A stretch of 64,000 bases of DNA from a virus (lineage: Duplodnaviria > Caudoviricetes), in the IMG/VR virus record IMGVR_UViG_3300037721_000031, positions 32,001-96,000 of that record; one strand, 5' to 3'. The translations under genes were made by a program, and so were the position numbers. The notes beneath the pieces were generated by a model. The model did no database searches. It was given only the letters and a program-made list of their open reading frames with translations, and had not been told where the DNA came from. Below, piece by piece: positions 38,234 through 47,505 of this stretch (within the stretch, counting starts at the first letter, position 1; every line of letters begins with the position of its first letter).

Positions 38234-39655
38234 TTATCGAATAGCGCTAGCTACCTTAAACTGAGTAGAGATCCAATAAGCAATGTATTCCAAAGTAGCA
38301 ACAGCGGCTGCTTCTTTGACATCGGCTTCAGGACTGTGTGCTTTGATACGATTAATTCCATCCAAGATCTGGAATGCATCAGTCTTATAGAACCAGCTAT
38401 CACACATGAGCCGCAGTGCCCAGCTATACAGATCTGTTACTTCAGACTCTTTAGTAATAGCTAGTGCTGCATCGAATCGCTGTTTACAGAATTCTCTGTC
38501 TTGAATAGGTAGTACGGCTTCATCAGCACTACGCACCATAGCAGAAAATTCAATTGCGACAATTTCTTTTGCTGTATTAAACTTCTTATTAGCTACAGAA
38601 GTCTTTTGTACCATGCAGTAGGTTTCCCAGATCTGCTTATACTTATCGGCATTTTTGTTGATTTCATCAACAGTAAGAGACGGCATGGTATTCATCACGC
38701 TGCCAAAAATGACAGAATGCTCGCCACCATCGCTCAACCACTTACGATAAACTACGTCATTGACTTCGACAGAATTACGAGTAAATGAGCGAATAAGTAC
38801 ACCGTGCTTTTCATCACGATTAACACGATCAAGTTCATAGCCAAGCCGTACAGCGCATTGGTTACGAATCACTACCATTTCATCTTCGTATACCTTAAGC
38901 GATGTCTCAGTACCTTCAGGAGGACTGTCCCATAACTTTCTAGAGATGAGGAAGCCAACAAGGGCCATGTTCAAGCCATCAGCACTATTGAACAATGTCC
39001 ACATGTCTGAGTGACTACTCTTAGTGGTGAACATTTCTTGATAGACACTAATGAGCTTACCAGGCTCCATGCTTTGCACATACTGGCTGACTGACTCATC
39101 CAGAGATGTATTCCCTGACTTCATCCATTCAGTGATCTGTGCTTCATCAGCATCAGTTGATAAATGTGCGCCGGCAAGCGTCTTTTCAGGACTAACGTCT
39201 TTTGCACGCATGAATGAATCAACTAAAGAATCATCATACATCGGTGCCGGCAAACGCCATACCATGATCTCTAACTGGTTCATATCAGAACGCATTGTCT
39301 GCTCGATAGAGGTACCAATACGTTGTACCAGGTCATCGATAGTCGGAGCTACGACAGTGCGAGCATATGACAGATGTTTGGAGACAGCGTCACTTACGAC
39401 ACTTACTAAATCACCCATCTCCAGGTCATGAATACATGCGCCAGTAACCGGATCTGTACGATTAGTATCACTAACCACATTTTCAATCATGATCTTACGA
39501 GTACCTTGATCACCCCAAACATGATCATCGCTTGTGCTTGACGCCTCACACAGCTTATACAAGTTAGTACCGAGAATCGGAGTAACGATTAAATTTCGTG
39601 CGTCGAGTACTGCTGCTAATGGAGCAGTACTATTGAGTGCTTGCAATGACAGCAT
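38234..39655 (-). CDS. Virion (head) protein, phiKZ gp177-like
   Basis: 473 aa between the vRNAP beta gene and the beta'C/protease genes; assignment by synteny. Confidence 0.55.
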   Translation of the reverse strand: MLSLQALNSTAPLAAVLDARNLIVTPILGTNLYKLCEASSTSDDHVWGDQGTRKIMIENVVSDTNRTDPVTGACIHDLEMGDLVSVVSDAVSKHLSYARTVVAPTIDDLVQRIGTSIEQTMRSDMNQLEIMVWRLPAPMYDDSLVDSFMRAKDVSPEKTLAGAHLSTDADEAQITEWMKSGNTSLDESVSQYVQSMEPGKLISVYQEMFTTKSSHSDMWTLFNSADGLNMALVGFLISRKLWDSPPEGTETSLKVYEDEMVVIRNQCAVRLGYELDRVNRDEKHGVLIRSFTRNSVEVNDVVYRKWLSDGGEHSVIFGSVMNTMPSLTVDEINKNADKYKQIWETYCMVQKTSVANKKFNTAKEIVAIEFSAMVRSADEAVLPIQDREFCKQRFDAALAITKESEVTDLYSWALRLMCDSWFYKTDAFQILDGINRIKAHSPEADVKEAAAVATLEYIAYWISTQFKVASAIR

Positions 39656-39659
39656 ATAT

Positions 39660-39854
39660 TTACTCCCCTAACTCTTTAGCAATCTTCTTTTGGAAGACGG
39701 ACTGCGACAGTTGATGAACCATGTCTTTAGACAAAGGTGATCCACAAAACGTATCCGCAACTTCTTTACCTAGTACTTTCTCAGCAACCTGCGCTACTAA
39801 CTCAGCCGCATTGCCGAGCGTGACGATAGTCGTGAGGGTCATTACGTTTTTCAC
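39660..39854 (-). CDS. Small hypothetical protein
   Basis: 64 aa; GTG start after AAAGGA; stop 4 nt from the next ATG. Confidence 0.5.
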   Translation of the reverse strand: MKNVMTLTTIVTLGNAAELVAQVAEKVLGKEVADTFCGSPLSKDMVHQLSQSVFQKKIAKELGE

Positions 39855-39906
39855 GGCAATGTTCCTTTAATAAATCAAACTAATTTTACTACTGACTGCA
39901 AAAATA

Positions 39907-39968
39907 GAAAAAAAAGCGATAATGAAAATTACTCATAACATCTCTGTTTAGAGCATTCTCATTATCGC
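39907..39968 (-). terminator. Rho-independent terminator after the vRNAP beta gene
   Basis: gcgataatga...tcattatcgc stem followed by a T9 tract on the minus strand. Confidence 0.55.
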
Positions 39969-39976
39969 AATTCAAC

Positions 39977-41095
39977 TTACGATCGATATGCCTCAACAGC
40001 CAGCTTACCGATTTTATTTAGTAGCGTAGCTGTTGTGCCAATGATTAGAGCGCTAACCACAATGCGGTCATCAATAGATGATGCTGAGAATACTGCATCA
40101 ATATCTGTACCAGACTCTGTTCGAATGTTGTTTTCAAACACTCTACCAAATACAGTCTTCATCTGATTAGCGAAAACTCCCTTATCACCGACACCGGCAG
40201 ACACATCCGATGTAATGTAGACTTGAATAGCCGCAGTATCTAAAGCTAATGGTTCGTTTTCTATTCTGTAGTTATCATCAACAGAACCAGTAAAAGCAGT
40301 CTTATTAACTGCTTCATTACGCTTTACCATGATTTCATCAGACACGTCAGTCAAAGATCTTAAACTCTGACTCATGTCTTCTTTATCACCGTGGTAGAAT
40401 ACCTCAATTCGCTCAACCACTCCACGAACTTTAGCCTGAGGAGATTGCGCTCCTAGAACTCGCAAAGTATCGAGAGTCTCTTGATCCAATAGAGAACTAC
40501 TTACGCTGACGGCATCTTCAATTAAGCATAGAATACTCTCATATTCTAACTTATCTCCTACTTTTACCAAATTATGTATCTGCTGATTAAAGTTCACTAC
40601 AACAGCACGCATCGTAGTTGTTTTGGTTGTGAGCTTACTAGCCAGTCTACGAGACACTGCAGAAGAATCTTCAAACGTGTACGTTGATTCCATTAATACT
40701 GTCTTAGCATTAACGGATGATTTCCAAATTACTTGTTTTGGATTTAGTACATCACGCTCGAAGAAACCTGTATTGTACGCAATAGTATCACCTCTACTAA
40801 ATGCCAAACCATTAGTTAAATGAGTTACGATTTCATGAGGAATTACTAATCCAGCTGCTTTGCCATAACGTCTACCTAGCTCAACTCCAACACGAGAACC
40901 GTCAGCATACTCAACAACAATTCCATCGTCATTAAGCTTAATTACTTTACCATCTTGCTTTGCCATCACATGAAACAAGTCACTAGTGCGAGCACCTAAT
41001 ACTTGTTCGTAACCTGTTCTTACCTGGGCTTGATGATAACCTTCACACGAGATACCATGACCGTGTTGAATGCTGATAAAGTTAGTTCTCTTTGG
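39977..41095 (-). CDS. Virion RNA polymerase beta-like subunit (phiKZ gp178-like), 3' exon
   Basis: Begins PKRTNFISIQHGH and contains GVGDKGVFANQMK (beta GDK motif); the in-frame MDIK start in the ORF track is intron sequence. Confidence 0.9.
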   Translation of the reverse strand, partial: PKRTNFISIQHGHGISCEGYHQAQVRTGYEQVLGARTSDLFHVMAKQDGKVIKLNDDGIVVEYADGSRVGVELGRRYGKAAGLVIPHEIVTHLTNGLAFSRGDTIAYNTGFFERDVLNPKQVIWKSSVNAKTVLMESTYTFEDSSAVSRRLASKLTTKTTTMRAVVVNFNQQIHNLVKVGDKLEYESILCLIEDAVSVSSSLLDQETLDTLRVLGAQSPQAKVRGVVERIEVFYHGDKEDMSQSLRSLTDVSDEIMVKRNEAVNKTAFTGSVDDNYRIENEPLALDTAAIQVYITSDVSAGVGDKGVFANQMKTVFGRVFENNIRTESGTDIDAVFSASSIDDRIVVSALIIGTTATLLNKIGKLAVEAYRS

Positions 41096-42494
41096 CTTTA
41101 TGTCCACTGAGTTCGTTATTTCTCAGTCGGTGTGCTATGACACCCGCATTGACTTTCATCAATGAACAGACTATATCTTCACCCTACAGATAGGGTGTTT
41201 CCTATTTCCACTCACTTGAGTGTACACCGTGATAAGCGGCTAGTCGTTGAACGTTCTTCCTAAGTTAATTAGGAGCTTCGCTGCGGATTACCCAATCCTT
41301 ATATCTTTTACCATACCCGGGTAGTTAGTCCGGCCATCAATGCATTGCTGTCATCGACTTGGTGTATAAGGCTCTTAGGGTGTCCCCGTCAGTTAAGGAA
41401 AATACCATCTGACCATTTCTGATCAGTGGGACCATATGGATAATAACCATATCGAAAGTTATCAGAAAAAACTTTACTTCCTTGAGTCTTCAGTCTGTAA
41501 TCCAAAGCAGTTGGTGATATTCCCATTGCTTTGGCACAATCTGAAGCAGAATGATAATAGCCGATGTTTCCGGTTTTCTCACATATCAGTTTAACAATTT
41601 TCTTTGCGTATCCAGAAGTATTAAATTCTAGCAAAGGGTCGTTAATCTGACACCAAGGTGTTTCATCTGAAGACCACTTAATTTGAAGTAGTCCGGGTAA
41701 AATTGACTGACTTTTCCTCGATAACCATTGAGAGACAGTAGATGGCAGAATATTTTCTTCTTCACAGAAGTCTGTTATTCTTGCATACTCTTTGACAGTA
41801 TTGTCAAAGACGTTCCTAACCAAGATACTCTTGGATGTACTGTTTTTCTTCAATTCGTGTTCGATGGAATTTGGAATGTACCACGGTTCTTCACTGTATT
41901 CTCTGTATTGTTTCTTTTCAGGGAATATACGTTTTTCACCGATTTTAACTCGATACCCAATAGCGTCTTTTGACATACTGTAATATCTTGCGCATTCGAT
42001 AATACTCGGAAAATGCATCACAATCCCAGTAACAGTATTTCTTACTGAAATTGGCACACATTTTTCAGTGAGTCCATTCTTACCAGCATGCTCTGCATTT
42101 CCTTGGTAAGTAGTCCATTCTAAATTGTCAAGGCGATCATCGCCTTTTATGCCATTTTTGTGATTTACAACAAGATCATCGTAAGAGCAATCCATGGGTT
42201 TGAATACCATGCAAAGCACTCTATGTCTACCCAACGTTGTGCGTTCACTACTATCTTTGTACAAGAAGTAGTTGTAGTACCCGTCAGGATTTCGATGATA
42301 ATGTCTGATCACATTGAGTTTCTGGTCTATAATAACACCTTCCGGCGAAATCACGTATCGTGAAAATCCAGAAATCTCATAAAACCCTTGATAACATTTC
42401 GATGCAGTTGGCTCGAATAAATTCATTTTCTACTCTGCGAAGTTATATCACATTATAGAGTTAATTTCATTCTAATTCAACTATATCCATTTTA
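41096..42494 (-). mobile_element. Group I intron (IA2-like) carrying an HNH endonuclease
   Basis: 5' exon ends in U (GAT|TAA) and the intron ends in G (taaag|CCA). Q aatccgcagc at 41280-41289, R gttcaacgacta at 41241-41252, S aagatatagtct at 41168-41179; P7.1/P7.2-like hairpins and P8 caccc/gggtg. Splicing restores DRDDPKR. Confidence 0.92.
41389..42426 (-). CDS. Intron-encoded HNH homing endonuclease (NUMOD4-like N-terminus, HNH, three NUMOD1-like repeats)
   Basis: GRHRVLC...VVNHKNGIKGDDRLDNLEWTTYQGNAEHA; C-terminal repeats such as HFPSIIECARY and YYHSASDCAKAMG. Confidence 0.9.
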   Translation of the reverse strand: MNLFEPTASKCYQGFYEISGFSRYVISPEGVIIDQKLNVIRHYHRNPDGYYNYFLYKDSSERTTLGRHRVLCMVFKPMDCSYDDLVVNHKNGIKGDDRLDNLEWTTYQGNAEHAGKNGLTEKCVPISVRNTVTGIVMHFPSIIECARYYSMSKDAIGYRVKIGEKRIFPEKKQYREYSEEPWYIPNSIEHELKKNSTSKSILVRNVFDNTVKEYARITDFCEEENILPSTVSQWLSRKSQSILPGLLQIKWSSDETPWCQINDPLLEFNTSGYAKKIVKLICEKTGNIGYYHSASDCAKAMGISPTALDYRLKTQGSKVFSDNFRYGYYPYGPTDQKWSDGIFLN

Positions 42495-45400
42495 ATCATC
42501 ACGATCTGACGCTACTGATAAGAGTGCTGCGGTAGAAAACAATGCAGTAGCTCCGGTTTTACCAATAACATATCTGTTAGATGTTCCACGTAAAGAATTA
42601 AATTGAGGATCTGCACTTGTGTATGTATTGATAGCTACATCTGAAGAATCCACTGTTGCCTCTGAAATAGTACCCATATCGTTTTTATGGTAAGCACGAT
42701 TACGTTTCACCATTGAACGACCAGTACGTCCACCAACACCTGAGAATGTTACAGCTTCAGATTCTTTCAAATTCTGAATTGGATTTATTTCAAGGTTTTG
42801 ATTTTTAGCAGAATCTTCATTGATAGCTATCCATACGGCGTACGGATTTAAATCGATGGCGGCAGTAGTCTTATTTGCTCGAGCCCCATGCATTCTAACT
42901 GATCTAACTAGTTCAGAATAAAGAATACCTGCAAAACGCTCATATCCCTTAACTCTCATAAATGCAGGGTCAAGTTCGTAAGGATGTTGATCGTCTGTCA
43001 ATAACTCACCACTACGCAGTAAGAGCTTTGTGAATTCTACTGGTTCATTCATCTGCTCTAAGAGATCCTTAGTAATTGGATCAACGAACATTTGATTTAG
43101 TAGATCCAACTCTCTCATGTACCTCACACCTAAGCCAGCATCTTCAAGTAAATTGAAGTATACATCTTTACGATTGAACTCATGTGCAGGATAGTTATAA
43201 GTACTATCTTCGTGATCTTGCCAACCAGCAAGGATCATTGTGGCTAAGACATCGTCTCTGGAGAATATCCAAGTTTCGTCTTGAAATACAATACTCCATT
43301 CATCAGCTGCTAAACTAGGTCTTTGACCAGCAGGAATGATGCGTGGGTTTACTTTCAGGATCTTAAGCAGGTTATCTAACCCAATCAAGTAACCAAGTAC
43401 AACGCCTAGAGAGATGGCCTTACCGAATACCTTTAACTCAGCGTGTTCGATTGGTGCCTTATTTAAACGCAGTCCTATGAGATCCTCTAATGATGATAAT
43501 GCATGAAGTCTATTACCATTAGGACTACCATCAACAGTATAGAGTGCACCATTTCGACCCATCACCATCAGATCACCATCTTCACTCATTCCGATTAGTG
43601 TATTACCACCTTCTTCAACATCTTTTAAACTAAGATCACCCATTATTAAGTGTCTACGGTTTATCTCAAAGTTGAGTTTCCAGTTCTTATCGTTTATACG
43701 TAATGTAAAACTACGAAAGTTCTTGGCGATCGTGGTGTATAACTTTGGAGCAGCCACGCTTGGTTGAAATGCATCTCCAGTAACAACATCTGTAATCAGA
43801 TCTTGATCACTAAGGCCGATCAGCATAATAGCATCAGTAAGCCAACGACCATAGTCGTTAACTTTCTTCTCACTACGAGCAACAAAGATCTTTCCATAGT
43901 AGCTAGTCAAGGCTACTTGATTTGGAGAAATCTTACGGATCGGAAGATCGCTCTTTTGTTTACGAGTTCTGTAGTTAACATTGTTAACACGGAAGCTGCC
44001 GTCTTCAGTTACTTTTGGAATTCTGAAACGCAGTGTCGATGTAGCTCCTTGTAATGGCTTTACTTTGACGGTGTAGCTGTTGTAAGCCATCGAGACATTT
44101 TCAACTTGTTCGACCTGATAATCTAGTACGATAATTCCAGCTTTCTGCAGGTTCATTACCATACCAGCAATATCTCGCTGCATTACTTTAGTAATGTATT
44201 TTTCATCGAATTCCATCAGTGACGATTTAAGCATGGTCTTATCGACTAAGGTGCTTTTATCAGGAATAGAAGGAGATTCTTTAATGTCGAGTAGGTCTCT
44301 AGGAATGTTAATAAACTGATCTAATGTGGTACCATCAGGAGCAGTAATACTCTTATATGTCCCAGCTAACTCTAGATACTTACGATAATCCGCAGCAGAT
44401 AATCCTCCAGAGTCAGCCAGAGCATTACATCTGGCAATGATGGAATCTTCAAGGGACTGTCCAGTAGGAATTACTGTAGCAATATCGAAAACTTCTTGAT
44501 CGTCAGTTAATTCGGTATCGTTAGAACTAACAGCAATATCTTCAAGTGTTTCTAAGTCAGCATCTACCTGTGCATCTATGTTTACGATGTCTTCTGGTGA
44601 CTGCACTTCTTGTTCGTCGTCTTCTTCAGGACTAACTACTTCGATGTCGTCATTATCCAGATTAGAAGTAAACGAATCATCAGTATTATCAGTTACACTA
44701 GTTGCTGTTTCTTGTACTTTACTTACAGCCGCAATAGTATCAGAGTTCTCTTCATCTTTACTCGGTTCATTAACAATACCGGCACGAGCCTCGAACAAAC
44801 TCATTGATAACCGAATGAACAGCTTCTGCATCCGATCAGCGGGATGACCGTGAGCGTTAAGAGTAGAATCTTTTTCTAACTCTTCTTTGGTTGCTTTACG
44901 CCAGACATTCAATTGTCCGAGATTAAGTACAAACCAGCGTCCTGACTCTCTAAATATTAGATTCACACGATCTAAGTTTTTAACAGGAATTTTAGAGATC
45001 GCTGATTCTTCTCTCTTAGTACCCAACCATTGCCATACTTGTAACAGAATGATTGATTCTGACGATGTGAATATCCGTGCTGACTTCTGATCGATAGCTC
45101 TCTCAGCCTGACGTAATTGTGTCAAGCTAGGTAACGTCTTAGGAATATCGAATTCGATGAACTGATGTCTATCAGTAGTCTCAGCTACCTCAGCTACTTT
45201 AGTAAATACAGTAGAAATTAAATTATTCCACCGGTAATACGACGTATAGTAATTACGCAGGTATTTGTATAACCTGTGTATGAAACTATAGTTATACACT
45301 AGTACAGACTGTGGATCACGAACAGCACTCTCTAAAGATTTGAAAGGTCTGAATCGTGGATTCTTAGCTCTGTGACTACGGATTACGCGGTTAACGTCTA

Positions 45401-45656
45401 TCAGTAAACGCCTTGGATTACCATCGGTGTGCTTAAGTTCTGTAACTGTGTCTATAGTAAATGGTCTAGCTGAACTCTTGATAGCATTCTCTGATTCAGT
45501 AGGTCCATCATCCAAAGGACCTGTACCTAAATAATGATAGATTGAATTGCGTGGTAAGTCTAACAATTCTAATCTAGACAGAGGAGGCTTGATTAGTTGA
45601 TCAATCTTACGAATACCGTATTTTCTATAAAAAACTGGATACTGTAGTGTGGTCAT
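42495..45656 (-). CDS. Virion RNA polymerase beta-like subunit (phiKZ gp178-like), 5' exon
   Basis: 1054 codons; GVGGRTGRSM and DMGTISEATVDSSDVAIN motifs; ends ASDRDD at the intron. Confidence 0.9.
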
Positions 45657-45670
45657 ATTTCTATTAGTAC

Positions 45671-47296
45671 TTAATCATCACCCGTAAGATTACGACATAC
45701 GAGTTCGACAGTGTGTACTCCTGTACGATTAATAAACTGTCCGTCAGTACCTACGTAGGCACGACGACTGTTGAAAAACTCTTCACATTCTTCTATAGCC
45801 TCTTGAGAGTACGCTACAGTATAGCTGGAAGTGTCGCCATCGAAGTCGGCACCCATACGGGCGAGTTTATTGACAGCAGGAATAAGAGAGTTTACAAATG
45901 CTGCTCCTTTTACAGGGAACTCATAAGCCATTGCATCATCACTCATTGGCTGCCATTGCTCATTAAGCTGCATTCGTCTTTCAGATGTAAGAGTTACTCG
46001 AAGATAAGTTCTACTAGGATAAATAGAACCAATGCCCGTAATGGGATATCGAGTAACCATTGCTGGATATGTATTAGCCTTCTTATAAACAGCAATGTAG
46101 AACAGTTCAGCTAGTGAAATTGGTCTCACATCCTTCTTACTACGAGAAGAAGGTAGTTCAGAAATATCATGCATAATCCTGAATGTATTGTCAGGACCTA
46201 GGTACAGTAATGCTATATAACGGCCGTCAATTTCTAAAGGTACGTCGCGAATACTTTCTTCCTTGAAAGAAGAAATAATTCTTTCAATACCTTCGTTTGT
46301 AGCCCATTGATTATAATAGCGACTATGTAATAGTACCTCTTCTGACTCTAGTGTTTCTTTATTTACTAGACGAGCTGGCTGGTTTACATCAGGAAAGATA
46401 GATTCCAATAACCTACGAATTTGAAATACTGTTACCGGCAATGTAGCCTTCATGAACTGATATAACCCTACAATTGTAGAGTTGACATCAGGATTACCTT
46501 TTCTACCAAGATATGGTACAGAGGTATCCATAGCAGTAATCACGTTTCTAGTACCATTGAATACTCTGCGAGATGCCCACTTTCCTAGCAACAGTTTCTT
46601 CTTACCTTCAATTAGTGAGAAGATCATGTCGTAGATAGTGTTGAAAATTATCTGCATCTGATATCTCGGAGTGTCTAGCGCATCGACCTGAGTTTTTACA
46701 GTAGACTCATTAATAGTGTTTGAAATAGATATCAGTTGACGATAAGGCTTATTAATTTCATCTTCACTAATTCTGTTGTAGTTATCTATTTCAATATCAC
46801 GTAGTCCAGCAGGTAAAACAGCTACTTTGTCTGTTAGCGCTCTATTACCATATTTCTTAATAAGTAATACAGCTTGCTCTCTGTTAATTGAACTGGTAGT
46901 ATCGAAATGAATCTTTAACCAATGCTCAATAAAAAAAGCATACCCTGTAGAGCCATCGATGGCGCTAGCTTTAACAAAGTCTCTCAGTTCTTCATCAAAG
47001 CGACCATATCCTTTACCGGATAAGATGTCGCCATAGAGATGTTTCATTTTGACTAATACGTTAAAAATAGCCGGATGCAAAATAGGTACTTTTATATCAA
47101 TGTATGCGAAGCGAAGGCTACGTCGTTCATCACCTACTCTTCCAAAGATAGATGTTGAAAATAGACCTTCTTCTGAAAAATCAGAAGATCCACCTTCAAA
47201 GATATCTAGCTTTGATATTTTCTTTAAACCACGTAACTTCTCAGGAGTTAGGTTTAAAAGGTCAACGTTAAACGGGACATCGGATGGTTTTGACAT
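45671..47296 (-). CDS. Virion RNA polymerase beta'-like catalytic subunit (phiKZ gp180-like)
   Basis: GADFDGD catalytic motif, RYPI, VFNGTRNVI, GLFSTSIFG and VLPAGLRD. Confidence 0.93.
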   Translation of the reverse strand: MSKPSDVPFNVDLLNLTPEKLRGLKKISKLDIFEGGSSDFSEEGLFSTSIFGRVGDERRSLRFAYIDIKVPILHPAIFNVLVKMKHLYGDILSGKGYGRFDEELRDFVKASAIDGSTGYAFFIEHWLKIHFDTTSSINREQAVLLIKKYGNRALTDKVAVLPAGLRDIEIDNYNRISEDEINKPYRQLISISNTINESTVKTQVDALDTPRYQMQIIFNTIYDMIFSLIEGKKKLLLGKWASRRVFNGTRNVITAMDTSVPYLGRKGNPDVNSTIVGLYQFMKATLPVTVFQIRRLLESIFPDVNQPARLVNKETLESEEVLLHSRYYNQWATNEGIERIISSFKEESIRDVPLEIDGRYIALLYLGPDNTFRIMHDISELPSSRSKKDVRPISLAELFYIAVYKKANTYPAMVTRYPITGIGSIYPSRTYLRVTLTSERRMQLNEQWQPMSDDAMAYEFPVKGAAFVNSLIPAVNKLARMGADFDGDTSSYTVAYSQEAIEECEEFFNSRRAYVGTDGQFINRTGVHTVELVCRNLTGDD

Positions 47297-47349
47297 GATG
47301 ACTTTCAGGAAATCAGTAATAGTTATATTTTCTCTTATAACGAGAAATG

Positions 47350-47399
47350 AGGTTTTGTATAAGGTTACTGTATGATTAAAATATCTTTATACAAAACCT
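47350..47399. promoter_or_regulatory. 13-bp inverted repeat in the divergent promoter region
   Basis: aggttttgtataa-(24 nt)-ttatacaaaacct. Confidence 0.4.
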
Positions 47400-47505
47400 A
47401 TGAAGCATACCGTGAAAGAATAGGCATTGTATTAGTAACATTGTTTATTTTCTATTACTTGGATAGGCTATAATTTCTAAATACTTCATAAGCTAGGACT
47501 AACCC

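Noticed and set aside
39977-41107. Treating the 376-aa ORF as an independent gene starting MDIK
   Set aside because: GTG-GAC-ATA-AAG lies inside the intron 3' end; the conserved motif is restored only by splicing
45713-46114. 133-aa plus-strand ORF opposite the beta' gene, and similar antisense ORFs in the polymerase, nrdA, sheath and beta genes
   Set aside because: Fully nested antisense to essential conserved genes; expected by chance
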